Assembly: GCA_951406725.2 (NCBI GenBank)
Contig: OX597814.1
Span: forward strand, 31,930,001-31,994,000
Length of the DNA: 64,000 nt
DNA from: Octopus vulgaris
Lineage: Eukaryota
Direction of reading: 5' to 3'
Below the pieces are notes generated by a model. The model was not told the DNA's origin. It saw only the letters and a list, made by a program, of their open reading frames with translations, and searched no databases. Position numbers and translations under genes: made by a program. The first letter of the stretch is position 1, and each line of letters opens with the position of its first letter. Below, one piece after another: positions 12,978 to 26,910 of the stretch.

Positions 12978-15900
12978 TAATGTATATAATGTGTATAGAA
13001 AACAAATATGGATGTAGGATGTACTATTCAAATTCATCTAAAACACTTTCACATTTTATTTTTACTGTCACACTTTTTCTTTAAAAAAAAATGAAACCGG
13101 AATATCTTTAATGAAATATTTCCCTACAACTAGCAATCACTTTTTGAAATCCACTGCATTTCTGTAGACATGCTGACATTACGAGTTCAAACATATAAAT
13201 GCATAACATGTCACTTTTGTTTTCAATTAGATAAATATACAATTTCATTTTCCAAATTAAACCAAGACACTTTTTGTACATTAGAAGCAAAGCTCATCTA
13301 TCAGTTTTTAAATTATTTTATTTCATTTTGTATTTCATTTTCATTTATTTATTTTCACCTTCTCGAAAAATTATAATAATACAGCTACGCAAATGAAAGT
13401 CAGCAATCATAACTCATATTGGATTTTCTCACATTTAACACGATTTTAAATTAGCAAGGAGAATGTTAATTTATATATTTATTCTTTTATTTCTTTTACA
13501 CATATTCCCACATGCTTGTGGTTTGTTTATTTATTCATTTTTTTTTCGATGCCTGTTCGGGAGGGCGTAATTATAGATCTCAATGAAACCTCGCAAAAAT
13601 TTTGACGCATTCATATTAAGAGTTTTAACAAGCTTGCTTACAAATATGGTGGCAGAACTTGAGGTTGGGGACAATATATAATTTCATTATCACACTGCTG
13701 GTGAATCTAATGCCTAATTTCAACAATGAGAAATGAGTACTTTTCATATTTATTGCATTATTTCAAAAGAGCAAATAACAAAACAAATATATATATATAA
13801 CAAAATGAAAAAAATTAAATTAATATTGGAAATCAGAAACATATAATGGGTAAAATATATTATGAACACATTAGAACAATGGCAAATTACTTACAAGGAA
13901 TATGACACCATTTTTTTTCAACTCTTGATAAATGAATGCAGAATCATATTTTACTATTGTTATTATTACTCAATACATTGTCTTGCTCGACTGCCATATT
14001 CTTCCATCTTACTTTTCGTTCTATTTATTACATTGTATTTTTATTAGAATAACAGTATAATTATTCTTAGATTTTTGAATGCTATACAAAAGATTTAATT
14101 TTCTTTTAGTAATGGTATCTTATGCACTTCACATTGTTTTCCTTTACTATAGCTGACGTATCATTTTTCTCATCGTTTGTTTCGTACGAAATAATGTATT
14201 CTTACGCACTTTCTGAAAGGTTCGTATTCTGTGTCTTCAAATATTGAAAATATTCTTTAATGCCATTTGCTATTCTTGATTTTTGTTTGTACCTAAGTTC
14301 ATGTAAATTAAACCTGATTTGACAACACAAAACCCGAAGTAATTATTGCTATGCATAACATGAGAATTTCATAATATGATCATGATATTTATATAACTAA
14401 GATAACTACATAATATATTCCATCAAATTTGCTTTTGTTCAAAATATGAAGGAAAGCAAAGAATTATCTTTAATGAAAATGAATATCTATATTTTTGTAT
14501 ATATATCAGTATAATTAACAATATAATTTCTATCTGTCTTCATTTCTCTCCCACTTCTCTCTCCCTATCTCACTCGCTCTCGCTTTATCTGTATATGTAT
14601 ATATGTGTGTGTGCGAGAGAGAGCGAGAGAGAGACAGGTTATGCATACATGTTCATAAATATACATATGCATGTATGTATGTATGTTTGTATGTATGTAT
14701 GAATGTATGAATGTATGCATGTATGCCTGTATGTATGTATGCATGTATGTATATATGCATATATGTATGTATGTCATTATTCAGTTTATTTCAAAATTTC
14801 TTGCCCATAGAGAGAGAAACGGTTTCTAACCAAGATTCAAGGGTCTTTAATTGGAATTTCAACAAAAAGAAGGTATTTTTGTATTTATTTATTTATTTAT
14901 TATGTACATGTGCATGTCTTGTTTTATGTATGTATTTTCATGCATATATTTGCATGTTTAGACATGCACATATATACTTGAATGATGTGCTAAGTTTCAC
15001 AGATTTTACAGTTCCAGTGTTGGCTTGGATCTGTAGATTTCAAATCAGCTTTCTCCTTCCTAGTTTTGAGAAGCCCAATTTCTAAAGACTGGTATTTAGG
15101 AAGTGTGTTATATGCACATATATATGTAAGTCTGGGGTAGACTTCTTGAATTTGTTTTTACTCCAAAATGGTTTCATCTGCAAATCGTATATAACATATA
15201 CTAAAATATTTCTTATTGCTAAAGAGTATTTCAGACTATATGTTTATATTAGGAATATACTATAAATGAATTTCATAAAGAGGAATTATTTTAAAAATAA
15301 AATACTGATTTATCATGACAAATAATGTCTTGAATACTTGTTTAAATAATGTTTATTATCAGTGGTTTATAGAATGTGACAATTTAGATAGCTCATCCTT
15401 ATTTATAAGTTCAATTTGTTTCGAAATGATTATGTATATACAAATGTGTGCATATACATTCATACATTGTGATTGCTCCACTTCACAGAGTGACATCTCA
15501 TGCTTCGTCGTTGTCAACAGCATTTCCATCCATGACCTCTCAAATGAGTATTCAGTCGTGTTGCAGTTGCGAAGCTACATTGCTTGAAGCATAGGTGATA
15601 GACGAATGTTGTAACTTTCTACGCAATTCCAACGGGTCAAATCTGTACACGATTTCACTTTTTTATCACCATCTGTAGATGGGCTGATAAATGAGACTTT
15701 CATAAAGATACATCCGTACCTCATTGGATTATTTTGAAAAACGCTTGTACAACAAGTGTACCACTCTCTGAGTCTCCATGATTAATACCTAGTGACAGGC
15801 CGAAGTGAGATGTGTAGTAACCAGGTAAGACCGGAGGTTTTACATCAGAGTGTAGCTCTCTTACAAGGAGGTTAAGACGATAGTTAGGGGTCCTCACATT

Positions 15901-17485
15901 CAGTGGTTTTACTGCGCACCTTCATGCCGACCAAAGCGCTCAGAAGGAATGTGGTCACATATGCTAGTTATCCAATAGCTGGGCACCTGATAGGTACTAG
16001 AACTCCGTGTTGGAGTCGATCTGGGTAGTTTTGGGATGATTCCACATCGCTTTAAAAATCCTAGAAGTATCGAACCAGGACGCTACTAACAGATGCCGTT
16101 TAAAGTCACACTTAGGACATACGTACCCATATCTATCTACCTATATATATGTATATGTGTGTGTGTCTGCTTGCGTACACGTATGTGTATGTGTGTGTGC
16201 GCGCATGTGTATGTTTGGCTTTAATAACAGTAGCAGAATATGTCTTAAAATGAAATATACTATTAATTTTATGCTTAAAGATTGTACAATTTCATTGGCT
16301 CTGATGTAGCGCTTGACTCGGATATATTTTCATATCCAGTGTCACCCTAACCACATTTGATGGGGTGAGTACTGGATGGCCTACCTAAATTATACTGATA
16401 GTACATCACATATGCCCCTAGAAAATGTAGAGCTCGGGTAACCTAATCACTCAGTATATTAAGCCCCATGAAAGAGATTTAAGGAAAAGAAATTTCGAAT
16501 TTTAAAAGCTATTCCTCATCCAAATTGAGCACATTCGTGGCTACGTTGCATACGAATTTGCTCGCAAGAGCTTATTTCAAGTCTGAGCCCCCAGCAGGTA
16601 TTTCCATCTTAGGATAGAGTCTTCTAATGTAAGTTGGGGTTCTACTAAAATCTTTCTAAATGAAATTTAGAAGGCGGATTTCGTACAATGTGGACTTCTC
16701 TGCTTTAAGTTTGTAGGCATATTTCAAAATATTCTAGCTATTACTTCGACAGAATTCATTCTATCACATGTATCACAAGTTAGATCTGCAATCTGAAGAC
16801 AAAGTCCTCCATCGCTTGAGGTTCTAAGAAGGGGCTACGAAAAATAGATTATTAAGACTTCTTCATACCGGAAAATGAATTTTGAAATTATTTGACTGGT
16901 ACAATATAGAAACCTTATAGCCTTCATAGAAAAGCAATTCGGAAACATTTATTGTTCATTCCCAAATACGAATATATAATTTTATTACTGCTATACCGAT
17001 GCATAATGACAAATTCTTAGAATAATTATAGGGTTGAATGGAAAGCTATTTATTCGTTATGTGTCTCTCCATTCTGAACCTACTTTTTCTGATTTCAATT
17101 GCGTTGGATGTGTATTTTCCATTTCATCTTTTCCGGGAGGTTTATAATTTACTAACGAAGGTGGTTCGATTAGCACAAGTGCTTGAGGGTCGTGCTTGAC
17201 GTAATAGGGTACCTTTTTCAACTCTTTTTTCGTTCTGAGCTCAACGCCAACAATACCAGCATCTAGCTGTATCGCATGAAGTCAGAGATAAATATCAGTG
17301 GCATGAAGAGTTGGGGACTTGCGCACATGGGCAAATACTGCACTCACTAAGAAAAAATATTCCCCACGTCAGCGCATACACAGGGCGCACGCATTTTTGT
17401 CTAGTTAAGAAGCACATAATGAAACCACAATGTTTCAGGTCCAGTCCCAAAACGTGGCACCTTGGGTAAGTGTCAACCAATATCT

Positions 17486-17642
17486 GAGTGTGGCTGTGTG
17501 GTAAGTAGCTTGCTAACCAGCAACATGGTTCCGGGTTCAGTCCCACTGCGTGGCACAATGGGCAAGTGTCTTCTACTATAGCCCCGGGCCGACCAATGCC
17601 TTGTGAGTGGATTTGGTAGACGGAAACTGAAAGAAGCCTGTC

Positions 17643-17716
<74 letters not shown>

Positions 17717-17799
17717 CTGTGTTTGTTACCCTAGCATTGCTTGACAACCGATGCTGGTGTGTTTACGTCCCCGTCATTTAGCGGTTCGGCAAAAAGAGA
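17486..17799 (+). mobile_element. tRNA-derived SINE, family B, 3'-truncated, internal (TA)n(TG)n
   Basis: GTGGCTGTGTGGTAAG...GGGTTCAGTCCC...GGGCAAGTGTCTTC. Shared with seven other copies in the window. A degenerate extra head lies at about 17405-17473. Confidence 0.9.
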
Positions 17800-18407
17800 G
17801 AGAGTTAATTGTGTGGAAATATGTTGCATGTATTTATACGTATATGTGAGTGTATGGTGAGCGTTGGTTGTTTTTCCCACCACCTGACGACCAGTGTTTA
17901 TTCAGTTGCCGAAAATGTGATCGATAAATAAATACCGGGGTAGCAGGCGTTTCAAAAACTGGACGATTTGTATTATTAAAGTCAACGGCATAGCATCGTT
18001 TCAGTCCACAGAGTAGGAAAAGGCAAAAAGTAAAACATAAAAGTTACACAGGCGTGGTCAACATTGAAATACGGAAGCCTTACACATTTAAGTAAATTTA
18101 AATACAATATAGCTTTCTCAAATATATTTAAGTTAATACGTAGTTATAATTGGATATTGTGGCAGCTGTTTCTAAATAGACAGAAAGTTTAAGCGAGGCA
18201 AAACAATTATCGAAATGTATACTTATATTTAATAAAAAACAAACTTGACAACAATAATAATTGAAATGATAAAAATATATTATAAATTTTGTAATATATT
18301 TCTGTTGCAATTAGTTGTGAAGTGTGCACAGCAATTTCCACTGCCAAATTAAAGGTCATGTTTCCTTGTTTATTGTATGATTAATAATATATACATACAT
18401 ATGCGAA

Positions 18408-18453
<46 letters not shown>

Positions 18454-18592
18454 CATATACATTATATATATTTGTGTGTGTGTGTGTACATGTATATATG
18501 CGCGTAATTTTACATTGCAATTATGCATATGTGTATACATGTGTGCAATATATATATATATATATACATACGTGCAATATATGTGTGTGTGC

Positions 18593-18640
<48 letters not shown>

Positions 18641-19561
18641 AGAATTAAACACACAAACACATATACATGTATGTATAAAGAAATAGAGTATAAGAATACG
18701 TGAGAGAGGGAGAGAAAAATAGAAGTTTATGAATAGATATATAGACAAATAGGTGGTGATTGTAAAGCGATGAAACTCTTTACAAGTATTTTGCTGTATC
18801 AAAGAAAAAAAAATTTAGAAAACACGAAATACAATTTAAACTGTTTAAATAAGTACACATGAAATAGAAACAACTAATTTACTATAAATTATTTTCACCT
18901 AAAGTTTTCCTACTTCGACATTTTATCACAAATGAGTTGCATTCTCTAAATACATCTGGCATATGGCAGCAAAATAATGACATATGTATGACATTACAAA
19001 TTTTTCCACGATGTAATAATGAAATGTCAGGTTTCTAAGAAAACTCAACTTAATGGAATTATTAAATGCAGTAAGGTTCATGATTGAACCTGTCTTTTTT
19101 AAAATATTTTCTAATTTAATACGTAAATAAAGGAAGAAAACGATTTAATCACATCAAAACACCTTCAGAGAAACACACACCATTCCGCAATTAACTCAAG
19201 AATGATACGATGAGGCGGGAGTACGATGGGTCTAAGTGGGAGTGGATAAGTGAATTAGCAACACGATAAGCACACCATAGCGTATGCCTGTGAGTGTGTG
19301 TGTGGAGGAACATGTTTGTGCGTGTACGTGTGTGTGTGTGTAAACTAGTGTAAGAAGGTGTAGATATGCTTATGAAATGTCTTCATAAAATATTTTGTAT
19401 AAGTGTAATGACACGGAAAAAAATATTTTCTCAAAGATGGACGTTTATTTAACTACCCATCTCTATCACTTCTACATCTGTAGCCTTCTCTTTCTGACTC
19501 TGTCTGCCTGTATGTCTGTTTCTGTCTCACTCTCTCTTTCCCTCGCACACACACACATACG

Positions 19562-19592
<31 letters not shown>

Positions 19593-19926
19593 ACACTCTC
19601 TCTCTCTATCTATCTATCTATCTATCTATCTCTTTTTCCTCCGTTCATGATTTTCTTTCAAATTCTCATATACACATATATTTACTTACATACATATACA
19701 TACATACAGAGGCGCACATAGATAACACATCATAGTCACATATTTATTATTTGCATATGTTTATAGACGCAGGTACTTATTTTTGGGAGTATGTCTGTGT
19801 GTATGTATGTGTGTGTGTGTGTGTGTGTACTTATTTGTTATTCCTTTATTCATATTATGTTGTGTCTCGTGTCTCTCATGATAGTGAGTTCAAAGAACTC
19901 ATTATTGCATAACCAATATCGTCGTA

Positions 19927-19981
<55 letters not shown>

Positions 19982-20140
19982 CTACTGCATGGACAGTGCA
20001 CTGAATTTTGTCATTGAACATGTCGCGGTTTCAGAGCGACGAAATTATTTTGACAAATTAAAAATTTTTATGTTGAAGTGAATATAACAGCTTTTGTGTG
20101 TTTTTAAATGGCGTATAAATACCTTCCACGCTGCAATTGT
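19982..20140 (+). repeat. Dispersed repeat fragment (family E) between TA tracts
   Basis: TTTTGTCATTGAACATGTCGCGG...TATTTTGACAAATTAAA...AAGTGAAT matches 44336-44463. Confidence 0.75.
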
Positions 20141-20240
20141 GTATATATATATATATATGCATATATGCGTACTGGACGTCAACAACAGTAAAGAAAATGA
20201 AATACGAAAACAAATGAGTTCAATACGCTAACAACGATAG

Positions 20241-21027
20241 AAACAAATGGAAAACAGTACAAGTAACACAAAGAACAAACCTTCATCAATTATCGGCTAT
20301 CTACTCATTTCGAGCTTTGAACGGCAATATGAGTCTTCGAAGTACCAAAATAAATTTGGAATATATGGAGGGACAAATTTGGGAACAAAAACAGGACAGT
20401 GGAGACATACGAGGAAACCGAACGAAAACAAACACGGAGGGTCGTTAGACCAGAACGAGGGTAGAATAGCGAATGCTGGAGAAAGATTTTCTTTGAAAAG
20501 AGAAAAATAGAAGAGTATGATAGAAAACGTACAGTCATTAGGACAGTCCTGAAGGAAAAAGAAAGAAAATAACGCGAGGAATAGAAAGATGGACAACGGT
20601 CACGCAACGAGGAAGAGAGAGAGAGAAAAAAAGAGAAAGAGGGAGAGAGAGAAACAGATAGAAAACGGTGAAGGGGAGACAAAAGGAATTAGAGAAAAGG
20701 ATGGGGGAGAAAACCGTATAGAGTAGAGCGTGCATCAAAAAGATAAAGATAGAGTTTCTTGGAAATGGATGCATGACGCTCAATCAAATAATATATATAT
20801 ATATATTACAGAAAGAACGTGAGAAACAAATGGAAAACAGGACAAGTAGCACAAAGAACGACCCGTCATCATTTGTCGGCTGTCTATCTACTCATTGCGA
20901 GCATTGAACGCCAATATGAGTCTTCGAAAACTGTTCCTCCCATAAGTGACAAAATAAGGTTTGGGATTTATGGAGGGTCAAAAAACAGAACAGCGGAATC
21001 ATACAAGGAAACTGAACGAAAACAAAC
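20241..21027 (+). repeat. Two diverged direct copies of an about 200-bp dispersed repeat
   Basis: AAACAAATGGAAAACAG.ACAAGTA.CACAAAGAAC...CAATATGAGTCTTCGAA...TATGGAGG at about 20241-20453 and 20824-21027. Confidence 0.75.
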
Positions 21028-21142
21028 TTATATGTAGTTGGTCGTCCTCAAGTTAGCCGAAACTTCAAAGACACAGTCAACCTTTTATCTTTTTAAAATA
21101 AATAAATATACACGCCACTAAAATACACTGTGAATGTAACTT

Positions 21143-21234
21143 CACATAAAAATAACCATAACACACAAAATCACGCGCACACATAAATATATACATATAT
21201 ATATACATATATACATAATGCACACCCACATGTA

Positions 21235-21269
<35 letters not shown>

Positions 21270-21533
21270 GAATTTATGTGTATATATAACAAATTAAAAG
21301 AGTGCCTTAGCTACAACAACCTAATGACAAAATTAATTGACGCCGCAATGTGATTTAGAGTTTGTAGCTAAGGCACTCTTTTAATTTGTTATATATATAT
21401 ACACATAAATTCATATATATATATATACATATATATACATATATATACATGTAGGTGTGCATTATGTATATATGTATATATATATATATATTTATGCGTG
21501 CGTGTGTGTGTGTGTTATGGTTATTTTTGTGTG
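21143..21533. repeat. Long foldback inverted repeat (about 170-bp arms, 45-nt spacer)
   Basis: ...AACAAATTAAAAGAGTGCCTTAGCTACAA ends at 21316 and TTGTAGCTAAGGCACTCTTTTAATTTGTT starts at 21362. Complementarity continues through microsatellite sequence out to AAAAATAACCATAACAC/GTGTTATGGTTATTTTT. Confidence 0.9.
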
Positions 21534-22279
21534 TGTGTATATATATGTATATATATATATATATATACACGCATATATAAATGCATGCTTACATATGTAG
21601 CACAAACAAACATGTACGTTTATTCACATTCGAACATGTGCACGTACGCGGGATTTCGTACAACTGCAGAATAACGGGGCGTTCTAGATAGAAGCTCTTC
21701 CTTCGTTTTTTTTTTATACATATCATACTTCCATCTCCATATACCTTTAACCCGTTCAAAAAATGTTCAGTTGTAGTATACGTATCTCGCTTTTCGAATC
21801 ATTGATTATAGTTATGTTTTTGAAAGATGAGAAACATTCTTAAAAACAAGAACAAATACGAATCTTGTATAAAAACAAGAACTAATGCTTAGCAACGTCA
21901 TATTGTTTTGGATTTTCCTACTTTCGTTTTATCGTGCATATCAATTTAAACATTATCTCTTTAAATCTTCACAGTTAAAAAAAAATCTTCCTTTACGAAA
22001 TTGGTAAACATTTACGTTTTTAATTCTCACCGTAAGATCAATCTCGTTGATTAGAAACGTGTCATCAAGTGATTGGTATATGAAAGTTATTCATATTCGA
22101 TTTTATCTACATGTGTGCATATTTGTATGCATTTTATGCAAGGCGCATACATCTATATATGCATGTGTGAATTTGTTCACAGGTGTACTTGCATAAACTT
22201 ATACATACGCACTCGCACACACACACACACTCACACACACACACACACACGCATGTATATATATATACATATATATATA

Positions 22280-22430
22280 TATGTGTATATCTTAGGTAAT
22301 ATGTATGTATATATATACATACATATGTATATCTTAGGTAATATGTATGCATATATATATACATATGTATATCTTAGGTAACATGTATGCATATATACAC
22401 ATACATATCTATATGGTAGTCAATATGTAT
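22280..22430. repeat. Minisatellite, 3-4 copies of an about 42-46-bp unit (TATATCTTAGGTAATATGTATG...)
   Basis: Read directly from the sequence. Confidence 0.8.
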
Positions 22431-22466
22431 TCATATATATATATGTGTGTGTGTGTGTGCGCGCAC

Positions 22467-22504
<38 letters not shown>

Positions 22505-22990
22505 TCATATATACACGCACACACAAATGCATATATACTTATATATATATATATGTGTGTGTGTGTGTAAGTATTAATGAACATACATACTTCATATATA
22601 CACGCGCACAACCAATCACATGCACACAGTTAAACATATTTACACAAATGCATAGATATACATTTATGTAATCAGAATAACTAATAAGCGTTAATATGAA
22701 CAAAATGCAGTATCGTATATGATAATAGTCTGAATTATGACTGTGTGTGTGTGTATTTGTGCGTGCGTGTGTGCGTGTGCGTGTGTGTTTGTACACATCC
22801 TTATGTTGTATTATAATGGATCATGACAATAGCTCAGTAGCATATTACACTGCGATATATGGCATCTCTTATAATGTGGTTTTCAATATTAATATATTCG
22901 GTTGAAATATACCGAAAAACAAAAGACGAAGACAGGTGTATGAACAACAAGTAGGTGTATTAGTTTGACTCCCGGGAAAGTGAGAAAGTC

Positions 22991-23024
22991 TTTTACGTTT
23001 CGAGCCTACGCACTTCAACAGAAA
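22991..23024 (-). ncRNA. Variant minimal hammerhead motif (CUGUUGA core) in a Penelope-like terminal repeat fragment
   Basis: Minus strand reads TTT CTGTTGA A GTGC-gtag-GCTC GAAAC GTA AAA. It has a palindromic ACGT stem III, one stem II mismatch and a non-canonical core position. Confidence 0.5.
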
Positions 23025-23699
23025 TGAGTAAGGGAAAATAAAGTGTGAGAGGATAAAAAAAAAATCTCGCGGATTTAGTAATCAAGTATGGCGACTGGTT
23101 GGGAAAAAAAAGGTTTGACAGGAGAGGTAGAAAGAAGGGAAGATAATAAAGTATTGGCGATGCCAAAACGAAAGTGGTCATGTGTCTGTGTGTATGTGAG
23201 AATGTTTAAGTGTGTGTGTGGATAGGGGCCAGTGACTTTGACATGTCGATATGTGCGTGTGTATGTAACTGTGTGCTTCTGTAATGTGTGGAAGTGTGGA
23301 TGATGGTATGTGGGTGTGCGGATGATGTTGTGGGGGTGTGCAGATGATGGTGAGTGGTGTGCATGCTTGGAAATGATCAGTGCTAATATTAATATGTTGC
23401 TGCATGATATATAATTGTTACTATGATAAATAATACACTAATGCTGCTGAAACATACTGGGGTAGAATACTTGAAATCACTATAGAGAGAACTGTATAAC
23501 ACGACCTAAAACTGCATGGTGTGCAGTATTTCTGCCAGTAATAATGCTAATATAGAAACAGCCTGAAAATTTGGGAAAATTTGTCTTTCTGAGTCACAGG
23601 AGAAGGTAATACTTCAAACCTTTGGTGATTACTTATTACCTGCTTTCAAGTGAAAATAACTGGTAATTGCGAAATATACGAGAGGTTTTCAGAATAAAC

Positions 23700-23764
<65 letters not shown>

Positions 23765-24188
23765 TGTTGTAGTAATAATGATAATAATAATCCCAACTCT
23801 TTTATTTGATAATTGCCCAATGGAGCGTAACGCACTTGCTATCTCACTAACGGAGTGACAAGCAGAATGATCAGATCATATAGAACATCCGTCAGGAAAA
23901 ATGCATCGTAAATTCAAGATTCATGCTTAGCTAACCACCAAATCGAAAAAAAAAAAAAAAGCTACAAAACTATTTGTGACATGGATTCTGTCTGTTGGTG
24001 TATTTTACTCTCTGGCATTCCAAGTTTAAAATGTTCTTTTAAATAATCAAGCGGTGCACATTAATTCTGGCATAGGACACTTTTAGAGTTACAATATATT
24101 CACACGTATATATCCTTATCTGCGCCCGCTCACGTACACACACACGTACATACACACGCACACGACATGCGAGGATTTGTTACCATGG

Positions 24189-24531
24189 AACGCTAATACA
24201 CTAATCGCTGTTGTGATCGTTGTGATCGTCAGAGGAGAAAACCTCCTTTAGAGGGATTATGTATTCATAGCATATTCGATTCGATTCTATAAGGAATTCT
24301 TGAACCAACGGCGTTCTGATATGTTTTCACTTGGTAACCAAAGTGCCGAAACCTTTGCATTTAAAAAATAGTCGATGGCCTAGTTTACAAAATTCAGCAA
24401 AGTGTTCACTGATCCATGCTGATTCCTACCAACCAATAATAAATCATTTGCACAGTCCACAGCGAGATTCGAAATGACTTGCATATTTATTCTCCTCTGA
24501 CGAACTCAGTAGCGACTAACACCTTTGCGTT
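24189..24531. mobile_element. Possible old MITE with degenerate TIRs
   Basis: TCGTCAGAGGAGAA (24226-24239) is the exact reverse complement of TTCTCCTCTGACGA (24490-24503). Weaker complementarity extends outward about 30 bp. Confidence 0.4.
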
Positions 24532-24595
24532 GGAGTATAATGTCAAGTATAAACAATAAACATGCATGCCTCCGTTTCACATCTTACTGATCACG

Positions 24596-24673
<78 letters not shown>

Positions 24674-24699
24674 AAATACATATATATATACATATATTT

Positions 24700-24995
24700 A
24701 ATGTTTGTGTAACATTCTCCGTTTTATTTTTCGTCCTTCTTTTCGTATACATTCGCTGCTTTCTTCCAGGGAATCTAATGGTCTTAGATTAGTTTTTCCT
24801 TGGGGCTAGCCAGATTAGAGCAATCTCGAAAATAACCAGCCGAAATTGTAAAGATAAACTGGAACTCGACTGAGGAAAGAAAACTCCGAATGACCCGTCC
24901 TCGTTTTCTTCGTATCGTCAATCGGGATGTTTTGTTGTACCTATTTTGTATCACCTAACTGTCTGTATGTTTTACATTCTAGTCCCATTTTGTAT
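24700..24995 (+). repeat. Dispersed repeat family D between TA tracts
   Basis: Matches the reverse complement of 3043-3330. Confidence 0.75.
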
Positions 24996-25006
24996 ATATG
25001 TTTGTA

Positions 25007-25077
<71 letters not shown>

Positions 25078-25114
25078 GTATATTTATATATGTAATAATT
25101 TATATATATATATA

Positions 25115-25149
<35 letters not shown>

Positions 25150-25151
<2 letters not shown>

Positions 25152-25263
25152 GCTCGCTTAGCCAGCGGGGTAGCGTTATTTGAAGGCTAAAACAATGCGA
25201 AGCGCATTGTGACCAGCGATGTAAAGCAACATCTGATAACTTTGTTGCTTTACATCGCTGATC

Positions 25264-25268
<5 letters not shown>
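25150..25268 (+). mobile_element. Isolated SINE tail (type 2) with terminal foldback, in (TA)n
   Basis: 25150-25237 matches the tail of the SINE at 58906-59210. 25206-25231 is inverted at 25243-25268 (25/26 identical). Confidence 0.85.
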
Positions 25269-25302
<34 letters not shown>

Positions 25303-26600
25303 GTAAGCATGTATGTTTGTGTACGTGTGTGCAAGCTGGAATGTGTATGTGTATCTGAGAGATTTTGGAGCCTACTAATGACTGGAATGATTCTGTTATG
25401 CAAACACTTTAGACCGTGCAACAAGGATTAATAATACAACTAAACAACAGAGTTAATGCTAGTGACTTAATGAGTACACATCAACAATTAAATTCGACAA
25501 TTCTCCTATTAATTAATAGTGAAATATAACAATTAGCTAAGGGATATTAACCACTAAGAATTCGAAAAATATTATATCCCATTTCTCACTGAAAAATATG
25601 CTGGAACTTTGGCATTTAAGTATATATTAATTAAAATTTATCATTTCTGTCTTTTACATTTGCACTCTCAACGTTTTCTCCTCTCTCTCCTTTCGTTTTA
25701 CTCTCCATCTGTTTCCTTCGCTCACTATATATATATGTATGAGTGTGTGCGTGTGCATTTGTGCGTGTGTATGTGAACTCATGCATATATATTGTAATAA
25801 GGTAATGGATAAAGTGTATGAAAGACGAGTTCGTGGACACATGCATGCACATACACACATGCATGCGCGTGCGTGTTGAAAAGTACGGAAATAAACAAGT
25901 TAAAACTCTTCATTAATTAATTGCGATCATACATACATATACATACATTCAATCACACACACATATATTGCTCTACAGCCCCCACCTTCATCCAAATACA
26001 TAAAGACACACCAACACAGGTATACACACACATATATATACACATATAAGCAAGCACGCACTTGTAACAAGCTTTAGTGAAGCAGCGATTCTAAAATGCA
26101 ATTCTTTGTTTTAATCGTTTTCCATTGTTCTTTGAAAAGTTCTGTACAGCTTCGAATCCTATAACAATCGCCTAAATACTCTTCAAAACGTTCAGAAAAG
26201 AAATAACAATAAACCTATTACGATATGATAAATGGGTAACGCGAATACCAACGAATTGTGTATATTTCTTTTGTATCCTCTTTTCTTAGGAGTTAGATAC
26301 ATATTGCTGATATTTCCCGGTGAGGTATAACGATAGGCGGAGCTGCAACTAAAAGCAAATAAGATAGAGAGAGGATTATTTGGTAGGAAAGAGTATAAGA
26401 TATAACCATTATATGATAAATAGCACCGCAGAGAACAGAAACCTAAAAAAACAGAAAATGAACACACCCACTTTCATACACACGCACACACACATACACA
26501 CACATACACAATATACACACACACGCTTACCGACATGCGCTGACGTTCGCACACATGCTGAATATGCGAGTGCAATTTTATATGTATGTGAATGTGTGTA

Positions 26601-26651
<51 letters not shown>

Positions 26652-26667
26652 ATGTATGTGATGTAGT

Positions 26668-26708
<41 letters not shown>

Positions 26709-26716
26709 TTGTATTC

Positions 26717-26800
<84 letters not shown>

Positions 26801-26876
26801 GTGAATACACACACACATATATATGTATGTACATACATACACATGTGTCTGAATGTGATGTGTGAGAGGATATGTG

Positions 26877-26910
<34 letters not shown>

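Noticed and set aside
22280-22430. Repeated unit with variable intervening sequence resembling a CRISPR-like array
   Set aside because: The intervening parts are TA/CA microsatellite variants rather than unique spacers. The context is eukaryotic and there are no cas genes.
24866-24903. CTGAGGA...CGAAT in family D (also at 3135-3165 and 44495-44527)
   Set aside because: All three copies have GAAT rather than GAAA and no consistent stem I, so it is not called a hammerhead.
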